A DNA stretch of 24,000 nucleotides from Tepidisphaeraceae bacterium (GTDB lineage Bacteria > Planctomycetota > Phycisphaerae > Tepidisphaerales > Tepidisphaeraceae), in NCBI GenBank assembly GCA_050010915.1, contig JBEKKC010000053.1, positions 404 through 24,403 of the forward strand, written 5' to 3'. How positions within the stretch are numbered: position 1 is the first letter of the stretch; every line of letters starts with the position of its first letter. The notes beneath the pieces were generated by a model, which worked only from the letters and a program-made list of their open reading frames with translations, searched no databases and was not told the DNA's origin. Positions 15,766-22,333 of this stretch are shown piece after piece. A program made the position numbers and the translations under genes.

Positions 15766-16701
15766 ATGGATCTCCCTCCCACCGGCCACGAACCCGTCAT
15801 GCTGCGAGAGGTTCTGGAGCTTCTCGCGCCGTCCTCCGGACAAACCGTGGTGGATTGCACCGTCGGGCGGGGCGGGCATGCGCTGGCCATCGGGCAACGG
15901 CTGGGAAGCGATGGTCTGCTGATCGGCCTGGATGCCGATCCGAGGAACCTGGAGTTTGCCGCCGGGCAACTCAAGAGCTTGCCCTGCCGGGTCCGGCTGT
16001 TTCATGCGAATTTCGCGAAACTGTCGAGTGTGATGGAGGAAGTGGGAAATCCGGCGGTCGGCGGCATCCTGGCGGACCTGGGGGTCAGCACGAATCAGCT
16101 TTTTGATCCGGCCTATGGATTGAGCTTTGACAGGGCGATGCCGCTGGATATGCGTCTGGACCCGGAATTGCCTGAAAATGCGGCGGACCTCGTCAAGAAA
16201 TTGCCTGAAGAATCGCTGGCCAACGTCCTATATCAATTGGCGCAGGAGCGTTATTCGCGGCAAATTGCGAGAAAGATTGTCGAAACGCGGAAGATATCGC
16301 CGATCAGAGACACGGAAGCATTGGCCGAGCTTGTTCGCTCGGCAATACCGCGCCGGGGTGGACCGCCGGAGCGAATTGATCCGGCCACGAGGACGTTCCT
16401 GGCCTTGCGGATGGCGGTCAACCGGGAGATGGAAAATCTCCGCGAGTTGCTGAAGCAAGGTCCCGCGGCGCTGGGGACCGGGGGCCGGATGGCAGTGATC
16501 AGCTTCCAGTCGATGGAGGATCGGTCGGTGAAACAAGCGTTTCGGTCGTTGGAGCAGACCGGGGTAATGAAGGTGATGACGAAAAGGCCTCTCTCGCCCT
16601 GCGACGAAGAATGCGCCCGTAATCCGCGGGCACGGTCGGCGAAAATGCGTGTTGGGATTCGAGTTGCGGGTTGCGAGTTGCGAGTTGCGAGTTCAAGCTG
16701 A
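15766..16701 (+). CDS. rsmH: 16S rRNA (cytosine1402-N4)-methyltransferase
   Basis: HEPVMLREVLELL...VVDCTVGRGGHALAI...GLDADPRNL...ILADLGVSTNQLFDPAYGLSF...PLDMRLD...ERYSRQIARKIVETR...ATRTFLALRMAVNREMENL...GGRMAVISFQSMEDRSVKQAF...NPRARSAKMRV. This is a full MraW/RsmH pattern. The last ~12 codons (VAGCELRVASSS) and the stop lie inside hairpin element D. Confidence 0.92.
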   Translation: MDLPPTGHEPVMLREVLELLAPSSGQTVVDCTVGRGGHALAIGQRLGSDGLLIGLDADPRNLEFAAGQLKSLPCRVRLFHANFAKLSSVMEEVGNPAVGGILADLGVSTNQLFDPAYGLSFDRAMPLDMRLDPELPENAADLVKKLPEESLANVLYQLAQERYSRQIARKIVETRKISPIRDTEALAELVRSAIPRRGGPPERIDPATRTFLALRMAVNREMENLRELLKQGPAALGTGGRMAVISFQSMEDRSVKQAFRSLEQTGVMKVMTKRPLSPCDEECARNPRARSAKMRVGIRVAGCELRVASSS

Positions 16702-16740
16702 GTTCCAACTCGCAACTCGCAACGCGCAACTCGCAACTTC
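16661..16740. repeat. Heptamer-based inverted repeat (hairpin element D): (GTTGCGA)n arm facing (TCGCAAC)n arm
   Basis: Left arm 16661-16693 is gagttgcgggttgcgagttgcgagttgcgagtt. Right arm 16707-16740 is aactcgcaactcgcaacgcgcaactcgcaacttc. About 30 of 32 arm positions are complementary, with two internal mismatches. The 13-nt loop caagctgagttcc contains the rsmH TGA stop. The right arm ends 4 nt before the GGAGA Shine-Dalgarno-like motif (16745-16749) of the next gene. Confidence 0.9.
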
Positions 16741-16754
16741 TCTTGGAGATCGTC

Positions 16755-17660
16755 ATGACGCGTGAGACGAAGATCAGCCTGCTGGTGGGGCTGGCATTTA
16801 TCATTGTGATCGGGATTCTGCTGTCGGATCATTTCCGCGCGACGCAGGAGGTGCCGCAGGCCGTGCTGGCGGACGTGGGCGCCACGGCCCGGCGAGCGAC
16901 GAACGCGCCGGGGACGGCCAATCCGCCGATTAATTTTGTCTCGCCATCGGAGACTTCGCCGAACGAATCCGTGCCGACGCATGAAGAGCTCACGCGCCCG
17001 CCAAACCCGGTAATTCCGTCGCCGAATCCTTTGAATCAGCCGGGAAACGACAATCCACGGATCGATAATTCCACCCCGCCGGCGGAAGTTCACGGGGCCG
17101 ATGCGCCGTCGCCGGATAGAGCGCTGTCCAGCGTGGCGGCGCGGAACGGCGAGGCGTTGGTGCCGGCGAACGTCGATGGAACAAACCAGACCGATGACGG
17201 GATGTCACCCGCGCCCGCGCCGGTTCCCGCGATTGCCGGACCCCGGCAATACCGGGCGCAGGAGGGAGACACGGTTTCGCGAATGGCGTCACGGTTCCTC
17301 GGGGGCAACACCCGGACCAATCGCCAGGCGATCATCGATGCCAATCCATCGTTGCAGGATGATCCGGACAGGGTGATTGTTGGAAAGGCCTACGCGATTC
17401 CGACGTCGGGCGGCGCTTCGGGTTCAAACGCCGAATCGACCGCACGGAATTCACCGGCCATCGGCGCCCCGGAATATTTCTACACGGTGAAGGAAGGCGA
17501 CAGCCTGTGGCGAATCGCCAATGACGAACTGGGCGACCCTTCGACCGTGGAGGCGATCAAGGCCCTGAACGAAACCCTCCTCCGCGGCGACGATCACGAC
17601 GTGGTGATCCCCGGCATGAAGCTGCGGCTGCCGGCCAAGCCCGTGGCCACGACCAACTAG
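16755..17660 (+). CDS. Membrane-anchored protein with two LysM (peptidoglycan-binding) domains and a Pro-rich linker
   Basis: ORF track 16671..17660. The preferred start is ATG 16755, preceded by GGAGA at 16745-16749. The TM segment is ISLLVGLAFIIVIGILLS. LysM-like repeats are YRAQEGDTVSRMASRFLG...IIDANPSL...VIVGKAYAIP and YTVKEGDSLWRIANDELGDPSTVEAIKALNE...VIPGMKLRLP. Confidence 0.8.
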   Translation: MTRETKISLLVGLAFIIVIGILLSDHFRATQEVPQAVLADVGATARRATNAPGTANPPINFVSPSETSPNESVPTHEELTRPPNPVIPSPNPLNQPGNDNPRIDNSTPPAEVHGADAPSPDRALSSVAARNGEALVPANVDGTNQTDDGMSPAPAPVPAIAGPRQYRAQEGDTVSRMASRFLGGNTRTNRQAIIDANPSLQDDPDRVIVGKAYAIPTSGGASGSNAESTARNSPAIGAPEYFYTVKEGDSLWRIANDELGDPSTVEAIKALNETLLRGDDHDVVIPGMKLRLPAKPVATTN

Positions 17661-17668
17661 AAGCGTCC

Positions 17669-17947
17669 ATGCTCAAGATGCTTTTATGCCTGCTGTGCGG
17701 CTCGGCGACGGCGGTGGCGCTGCTGGAGCTTCGCCAGCAGCGCCTGGACCTCACGTTTCAGACCAACAAGCTGCACAACCAGATCGAGGCCAGCCAGATG
17801 CAGCTCTGGAACCAGCAATTGTCGATCGCGGTGGCGACGGCGCCGAATGCCCTGGCGGCAGCCGCCAAGGGCAAAGACCTGAAGCTGGCCGCGGGAAACG
17901 CCGCCGTGAAGCGATCGTGGGTGGACGATCCGGATGCGCGGAAATAG
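17669..17947 (+). CDS. Small bitopic protein, FtsL-like by position and architecture
   Basis: The 92-aa product starts 8 nt after the LysM gene. An N-terminal hydrophobic helix (MLLCLLCGSATAVALLEL) is followed by a Gln/Leu-rich heptad-like stretch (RQQRLDLTFQTNKLHNQIEASQMQLWNQQLSI). It occupies the slot between rsmH and the class B PBP where ftsL normally sits. No diagnostic sequence motif exists for FtsL. Confidence 0.45.
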   Translation: MLKMLLCLLCGSATAVALLELRQQRLDLTFQTNKLHNQIEASQMQLWNQQLSIAVATAPNALAAAAKGKDLKLAAGNAAVKRSWVDDPDARK

Positions 17948-18031
17948 CGTAAGGATGGCGCCGGGACACGAGCACTTTACCTGGCGAACGAAATCGCCCG
18001 AATCCAGACTCCGCTGCGACCAATCCGGCCA

Positions 18032-18370
18032 TCACTTATGACCGCCGCCCGACGACTCATGTCCGTTCGCCCGCGGCCCCGTCCATGCTGTTTCCCCTGC
18101 GCTACGCTCGCCTGCGCTCCATCGGCCGTAATCCGTTTCGTGTCCTTCGTGGTGAAACACGTTGCCGTCCCAATGGGAACGTCCATCGCCGTAGTCGTGA
18201 AACGCATCGCGGCCGGAAACCCGCTCGGATATTTCGTGGTAAAAGACGTTGCCGTCCCAATGGGGACGTCCATCGTCATAATAGCCAGCGGCGCAACCGC
18301 CCAACGTCATAAATAGGGTCACGGCCATCGAGGCCGCTAACATCGTCACGCGTGATTTTGTTCCCCTCAT
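18032..18370 (-). CDS. Small lipoprotein with a His/Trp/Asp-rich 29-aa tandem repeat, function unknown
   Basis: A strong SD (GAGGAG) lies 7 nt upstream of ATG 18370 on the minus strand. The signal peptide plus lipobox is MLAASMAVTLFMTLGGC. Two repeats are present: YDDGRPHWDGNVFYHE and YGDGRSHWDGNVFHHE. The tail is Gly/Ser/His-rich. Confidence 0.65.
   Translation of the reverse strand: MRGTKSRVTMLAASMAVTLFMTLGGCAAGYYDDGRPHWDGNVFYHEISERVSGRDAFHDYGDGRSHWDGNVFHHEGHETDYGRWSAGERSAGETAWTGPRANGHESSGGGHK
18159..18275. repeat. Direct repeat inside the lipoprotein gene (two 30-nt copies, 29/30 identical, 87-nt period)
   Basis: acgttgccgtcccaatgggaacgtccatcg (18159-18188) versus acgttgccgtcccaatggggacgtccatcg (18246-18275). 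These encode the (R/S)HWDGNVF core on the minus strand. Confidence 0.85.
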
Positions 18371-18540
18371 GACTGATCTCCTCGGCCCGGCTACTGTGCG
18401 CAGGCCGTCGCCCCCCCCTCACAAGAAAGACGCGATTCTCCGGGTCCATGACCGCAATAAATTAAAGAATGGAATCGGAAAGCGAACGCTTTACCAAGCA
18501 AACCCGCGATTCATGCGGGAAGGTAATGGAAGGGGAATGT

Positions 18541-18582
18541 CTGAATGGGACGCGACCTTAATGTTGGTCGTGTCCCATTCAG
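18541..18582. other. 17-bp stem-loop in the 368-nt divergent intergenic region upstream of the PBP gene (candidate leader/sRNA structure)
   Basis: ctgaatgggacgcgacc (18541-18557), loop ttaatgtt, ggtcgtgtcccattcag (18566-18582). 16/17 are Watson-Crick pairs. On the plus-strand RNA the odd position is a C-U mismatch. On the minus-strand RNA it is an A-G mismatch. A second hairpin gctccggatg/catccggagc lies at 18653-18674. Confidence 0.4.
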
Positions 18583-18738
18583 TCTCCGCTGTTAAAACAA
18601 CCGGAAATGGGGCCAGGAAGCACACGTTATCCTTGCGACGATGTTGATTTAGGCTCCGGATGTGCATCCGGAGCTACGGCATTATTGTTGATTGGAGGGC
18701 GATCGGGCCGATGAATTATCGGACCAGGAGTTCTCTCC

Positions 18739-20601
18739 ATGCCCAGATTCTCCCCCATCCGCGCCAAGGCGATGATCGTCGTGATCGTGGCGTTGTTTGC
18801 GGCGCTGGTGGGACGGGTGGCGTATCTGCAAACCTATGGGCGCGAAGCGACGATTTCGCGGGCCGACCGCCAGCAGCATCTCATCATGACCCTGCCGGCC
18901 CGGCGCGGGGATATTTACGACCGGAACGGTTTGGTCATGGCCGGGTCGGTGCAGACCCACGATCTGTTCATCGATCCGAAGTTCATGCAGGACAGTTTTC
19001 AGGAGGATGGACACAGCCTGGCGGAAATGGACGAGGGTCTGAGCAAGCTCGGCGCGATCATCGACCAGGACCCATTTGAGTTGGCCAAGCTGCTTGGGGA
19101 CCGCGCCACGAGCCGGTTCGTCAAAGTGGCGGCCAACCTGGACGATGACACCGTCAAGCAGATCGAGGCGTTGAATCTGCCCGGACTGGGAATCGAATCG
19201 GGCAGCGCGCGGTGTTATCCGATGGGCTCGCTGGGGGCGCAGGTTCTGGGCGGGTGCGGCACAGACGGCACGGGGTTGGACGGATTGGAATTGGAATACA
19301 ACGCGCTGCTGTGCGGCCAGCCGGGATTCGCGCGCGAGACGAAGGACGCGCAGCGGCGTCCGATCGGGGTGGACGCGCAGGATTATCTCGCCCCCTGCCA
19401 CGGCCAGCATTTGGTCCTGACCATCGACGCCAATCTACAGATGATCGCCGAGGAAGAGCTGCGCGACGCGGTGGAGCACGTGAAGGCCCCGCGCGGCGAA
19501 TTCGTCGCGATGGACCCGCGAACGGGAGAGATCCTGGCGCTGGCGAACTATCCGACGTTCAATCCGCAGACGCTCAGCGAATCCACGCCGGATTTGCGGC
19601 GCAACAGCGCGGTGGTGGCTCCGTACGAACCGGGTTCGACGTTCAAGCCGTTCATCGCGGGGCCGGCGTTTATGTGGAACGTGACGACCCCGTGGGAGGT
19701 CTGGACGATCCCCGCCCTGACGTGGCACACGCCCTATGGCCGGGCCATAACGGACGTCGAGCATTACGGCAATTTGTGCACCTGGGACGGGCTGGTAAAA
19801 TCGAGCAACATCCTCATGTCGCAATTGAGCGAGCGCATGGGCAACGCCCGGCTGCATCGGGCAATGACGGGTTTCGGATTCGGAAGCCGGACGGGAATCG
19901 ACTTGCCGCGCGAGGATTCGGGCGTGGTTTACGATCTTCACAAATGGACGCGAAAGAGCACGGAATCGGTGGCGCAGGGGTACGAGGTGCTGGTGACGCC
20001 GCTGCAACTGGCGCGGGCGTTCGGCGTTTACGCCAACGGGGGCAAGCTGGTGACGCCGCACCTTTTGCTGGGGACGGTCGATCCGAACGGCAACGTGCTT
20101 TCGCGGCGGCGGCCGGTGAGTTTCGATTCGCTGCCGCAAGTGATCGACCCTGAGACGGCAGCGGAAATGCGGCGAATTCTGTGCGACGTGGTGATTCGCG
20201 GGACCGCCGAGGGAATGCGCAGCAAAATTTGGAACGTCGCGGGGAAGACCGGCACTGCCCGCATCGCCGAAGGACACGGATACAGCGCCACGCGTTTCAA
20301 CAGCAGTTTCATGTGCTGCGCCCCGTACGAAACCCCCCGGCTGGTCGTTGTCTGCGTGATCCACGATCCGGACCGGACGATCGCGCACTACGGTGGCAAG
20401 GTCGCCGCCCCGGCGGCGATGAAATTCATCGAGCGCGCTCTGACGTACATGGAAGTGCCGTCCTCGCCCGATCTCCCGTTGCCGCCCCCGCGGGTCGCCA
20501 GCGTGCTCTGGGATTATTCCGAGAAGGCGTACACCGACCGCAACGTCGGGGCGATGAAGGAAACGCAAGACTCGACCGCCGAAGCGGCGGCAAACCCGTA
20601 G
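18739..20601 (+). CDS. ftsI: Class B penicillin-binding protein (peptidoglycan D,D-transpeptidase, FtsI/PBP3-like by context)
   Basis: AGGAG lies 7-8 nt upstream of ATG 18739. The N-terminal TM anchor is MIVVIVALFAALVG. The dimerisation domain contains RGDIYDRNGLVMA. Transpeptidase motifs are STFK (PGSTFKPF), SSN (VKSSNILM) and KTG (GKTGTA). FtsI versus MrdA cannot be resolved by eye. The symbol follows the dcw-like context. Confidence 0.85.
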   Translation: MPRFSPIRAKAMIVVIVALFAALVGRVAYLQTYGREATISRADRQQHLIMTLPARRGDIYDRNGLVMAGSVQTHDLFIDPKFMQDSFQEDGHSLAEMDEGLSKLGAIIDQDPFELAKLLGDRATSRFVKVAANLDDDTVKQIEALNLPGLGIESGSARCYPMGSLGAQVLGGCGTDGTGLDGLELEYNALLCGQPGFARETKDAQRRPIGVDAQDYLAPCHGQHLVLTIDANLQMIAEEELRDAVEHVKAPRGEFVAMDPRTGEILALANYPTFNPQTLSESTPDLRRNSAVVAPYEPGSTFKPFIAGPAFMWNVTTPWEVWTIPALTWHTPYGRAITDVEHYGNLCTWDGLVKSSNILMSQLSERMGNARLHRAMTGFGFGSRTGIDLPREDSGVVYDLHKWTRKSTESVAQGYEVLVTPLQLARAFGVYANGGKLVTPHLLLGTVDPNGNVLSRRRPVSFDSLPQVIDPETAAEMRRILCDVVIRGTAEGMRSKIWNVAGKTGTARIAEGHGYSATRFNSSFMCCAPYETPRLVVVCVIHDPDRTIAHYGGKVAAPAAMKFIERALTYMEVPSSPDLPLPPPRVASVLWDYSEKAYTDRNVGAMKETQDSTAEAAANP

Positions 20602-20603
20602 CC

Positions 20604-20619
20604 CCGCATATCCATGCGG
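20604..20619. terminator. Short stem-loop in the 20-nt gap between the convergent PBP and queA genes
   Basis: ccgcat (20604-20609), atcc, atgcgg (20614-20619). The stem is only 6 bp and there is no U-tract. This is a weak call. Confidence 0.25.
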
Positions 20620-20621
20620 AG

Positions 20622-21665
20622 CTAGTCCACGAACGTTGCGTCGCCATAGCTGAAGAACCGATACCGCTGGGCGATCGCTTCCCGATAAATACGCCGTTGT
20701 TCTTCCAAGCCGGTCATGGCCGCGACCAGCGCGATCAGCGTGCTGCGCGGAAGATGGAAGTTCGTGATCAGCGCGCCGACGTGCTTCCACGCATAGGGTG
20801 GATAAATGAAGATCGACGTGTTTCCCGAACCGGCGACGAACGGCCGATCGGCCGGATGGCTTTCCAAAACCCGCGCGGACGTCGTGCCCACCGCGACGAT
20901 CCGCTGATTGTCCCTTTTGGCGCGGTTAAGCGTTTCGGCGGCGGCGGAAGGGATCGAATAACCTTCCGGGTGCATTGGATGCGCTTCGAGGGTTTGGGAC
21001 GCGATCGGCTTGAACGTGCCGGCGCCAACGTGAAGCGTCACCATCACGCGCCGGATTCCAGCTTCGTCCAAGCGATTCAGAAGCTCCGGGGTGAAATGCA
21101 GCCCGGCGGTGGGAGCCGCGACGGCGCCGGGGGAGTCGGCGTAGACGGTCTGATACCGCTGGCGATCCAGATCGTCGCGATCGTCCCGCCGCTTGTCGCG
21201 CTTGATATACGGCGGCAACGGCATCCTGCCGAGCCGTTCGAGCAGAGCTAATGCGGGGACTTCCCCGGAAACGTCGAGCAGGAATTCACCCTGGCCGCGA
21301 TTGGATCGGATCGTGGCCCGGAGGTTGGGATCGGCATCGAAAAGAAGCGGCGTCCCTTCCGTGGCGGGGCCGAGATCGCGCAGAAGCGACAACCATTGCC
21401 CGGCGGCCGGCTCGGAAAGGAATAATCCCTCGATTCGTCCGCCGGTGGGTTTTCTCAGCGTGAATCGCGCGGGGATGACCTTGGAATCGTTGAAGACCAG
21501 CACGTCCGACGGCCGCAATAGATCCGGAAGGTCCGAGAACGTGCGGTGATGGATGTCGCGGCCGGCGCGAACGTAGTGCAGAAGTCGGGAATCGGATCGG
21601 CGCGGCGGCGGGGCCTGGGCGATCAAATCGGGCGGGAGATCAAAATCCAATTCGTCGGTTCGCAT
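20622..21665 (-). CDS. queA: S-adenosylmethionine:tRNA ribosyltransferase-isomerase
   Basis: ORF track 20622..21746, with preferred start ATG 21665 (MRTDELDFDLPPDLIAQAP). Motifs include LPPYIKR, YQTVYADSPGAVAAPTAGLHFT, VTLHVGAGTFKPI, VAVGTTSARVLES, ITNFHLPRSTLIALV and YRFFSYGDATFV. This is a full QueA pattern. Confidence 0.92.
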   Translation of the reverse strand: MRTDELDFDLPPDLIAQAPPPRRSDSRLLHYVRAGRDIHHRTFSDLPDLLRPSDVLVFNDSKVIPARFTLRKPTGGRIEGLFLSEPAAGQWLSLLRDLGPATEGTPLLFDADPNLRATIRSNRGQGEFLLDVSGEVPALALLERLGRMPLPPYIKRDKRRDDRDDLDRQRYQTVYADSPGAVAAPTAGLHFTPELLNRLDEAGIRRVMVTLHVGAGTFKPIASQTLEAHPMHPEGYSIPSAAAETLNRAKRDNQRIVAVGTTSARVLESHPADRPFVAGSGNTSIFIYPPYAWKHVGALITNFHLPRSTLIALVAAMTGLEEQRRIYREAIAQRYRFFSYGDATFVD

Positions 21666-21846
21666 CGCCGTCGGGAAATTTCCCCCGTTAAAACCTTCGC
21701 GCCTTCGTGCGGTCGTGCCACGCTTCACGTGGCATTGCCGCATCATCCGTCATAAACGGACCACGTTCACGTCGCGGGCATTGATCGCATAAAACTTTGT
21801 TTCCCGCAATATTCCGGGGGTTTTTTATCGCTGGCGCAAAAGCGGC

Positions 21847-22314
21847 GTGCGGCTGTCGCGGCGTTTGCTCAGATGGCATCGCGTGGCGGCGGTCTCCAAC
21901 GTCAACCTCCTGGTCGCATCGCTGGACCTCCAGATGGTGCAATCCCTGCTGGGTGCCATCCGCGCCGCCGACCGGCACGGCGCCGGGCAGTTGCCGGTGG
22001 CCGTCAGTCCGATCGACAGCTATTGCCGGCGGCCGGTGATCCATCCCCAGCCGCGGTACTTGCCCCGTCCGGTGCTTCATCCGACACCGCGGTATTTGCC
22101 GCGGCCGGTGATCCATCCCCAGCCGCGAGTTGAGCCGCCCTGCTCTTCACCGCCGTGTCCCAAGTCCAGCGTGCCGCATATCACGGCCGGGCCGCAGCCG
22201 CCGTGGAAGATCCTGCCTTGGCAGGAACCGGCGGCGGCGCCAAACGTAATAAAGATAATAATGCGCCCGCCCGATATTGTGACGAAGGGAAACTTGCTCG
22301 ATCTCTTTTTGTAG
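21847..22314 (+). CDS. Hypothetical protein with three 12-aa Pro/His/Arg-rich tandem repeats; start codon uncertain
   Basis: Third codon positions in this frame are strongly G/C-biased across the ORF, while the other frames give Arg/Ala/Pro junk. The repeats are RPVIHPQPRYLP, RPVLHPTPRYLP and RPVIHPQPRVEP. The distinctive AT-richer C-terminus is NVIKIIMRPPDIVTKGNLLDLFL. No SD was found, and candidate starts are GTG 21847, GTG 21883 or ATG 21934. Confidence 0.5.
   Translation: MRLSRRLLRWHRVAAVSNVNLLVASLDLQMVQSLLGAIRAADRHGAGQLPVAVSPIDSYCRRPVIHPQPRYLPRPVLHPTPRYLPRPVIHPQPRVEPPCSSPPCPKSSVPHITAGPQPPWKILPWQEPAAAPNVIKIIMRPPDIVTKGNLLDLFL
22029..22127. repeat. Intragenic tandem repeat (36-nt unit x3) with two identical 27-nt copies
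   Basis: gcggccggtgatccatccccagccgcg occurs at 22029-22055 and again, identical, at 22101-22127. The intervening unit is diverged (ccccgtccggtgcttcatccgacaccgcggtatttg). Confidence 0.85.
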
Positions 22315-22333
22315 GCGTGCGGGAGGCTGTACC

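Noticed and set aside
16650-16740. The tandem GTTGCGA heptamers, and the CCGAAAT / TCGAAAT arrays elsewhere, considered as a CRISPR array or minisatellite.
   Set aside because: The units are only 7 nt with no spacers between them, and the arrays are arranged as two inverted halves. This is not CRISPR architecture, so they are reported as hairpin repeats instead.
18369-18647. A 92-aa plus-strand ORF in the spacer upstream of the PBP gene.
   Set aside because: It has no ribosome-binding site and mixed, low-GC3 codon usage. It starts overlapping the lipoprotein start codon on the other strand, and its product has no protein-like features. The region is better treated as non-coding and structured.
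19212-21251. ORFs 19212..20153(+), 19435..20790(-) and 20181..21251(+), overlapping the PBP and queA genes.
   Set aside because: They are out-of-frame or antisense shadows rich in Arg/Gly/Ala. The PBP (STFK/SSN/KTG) and QueA motifs define the true frames.
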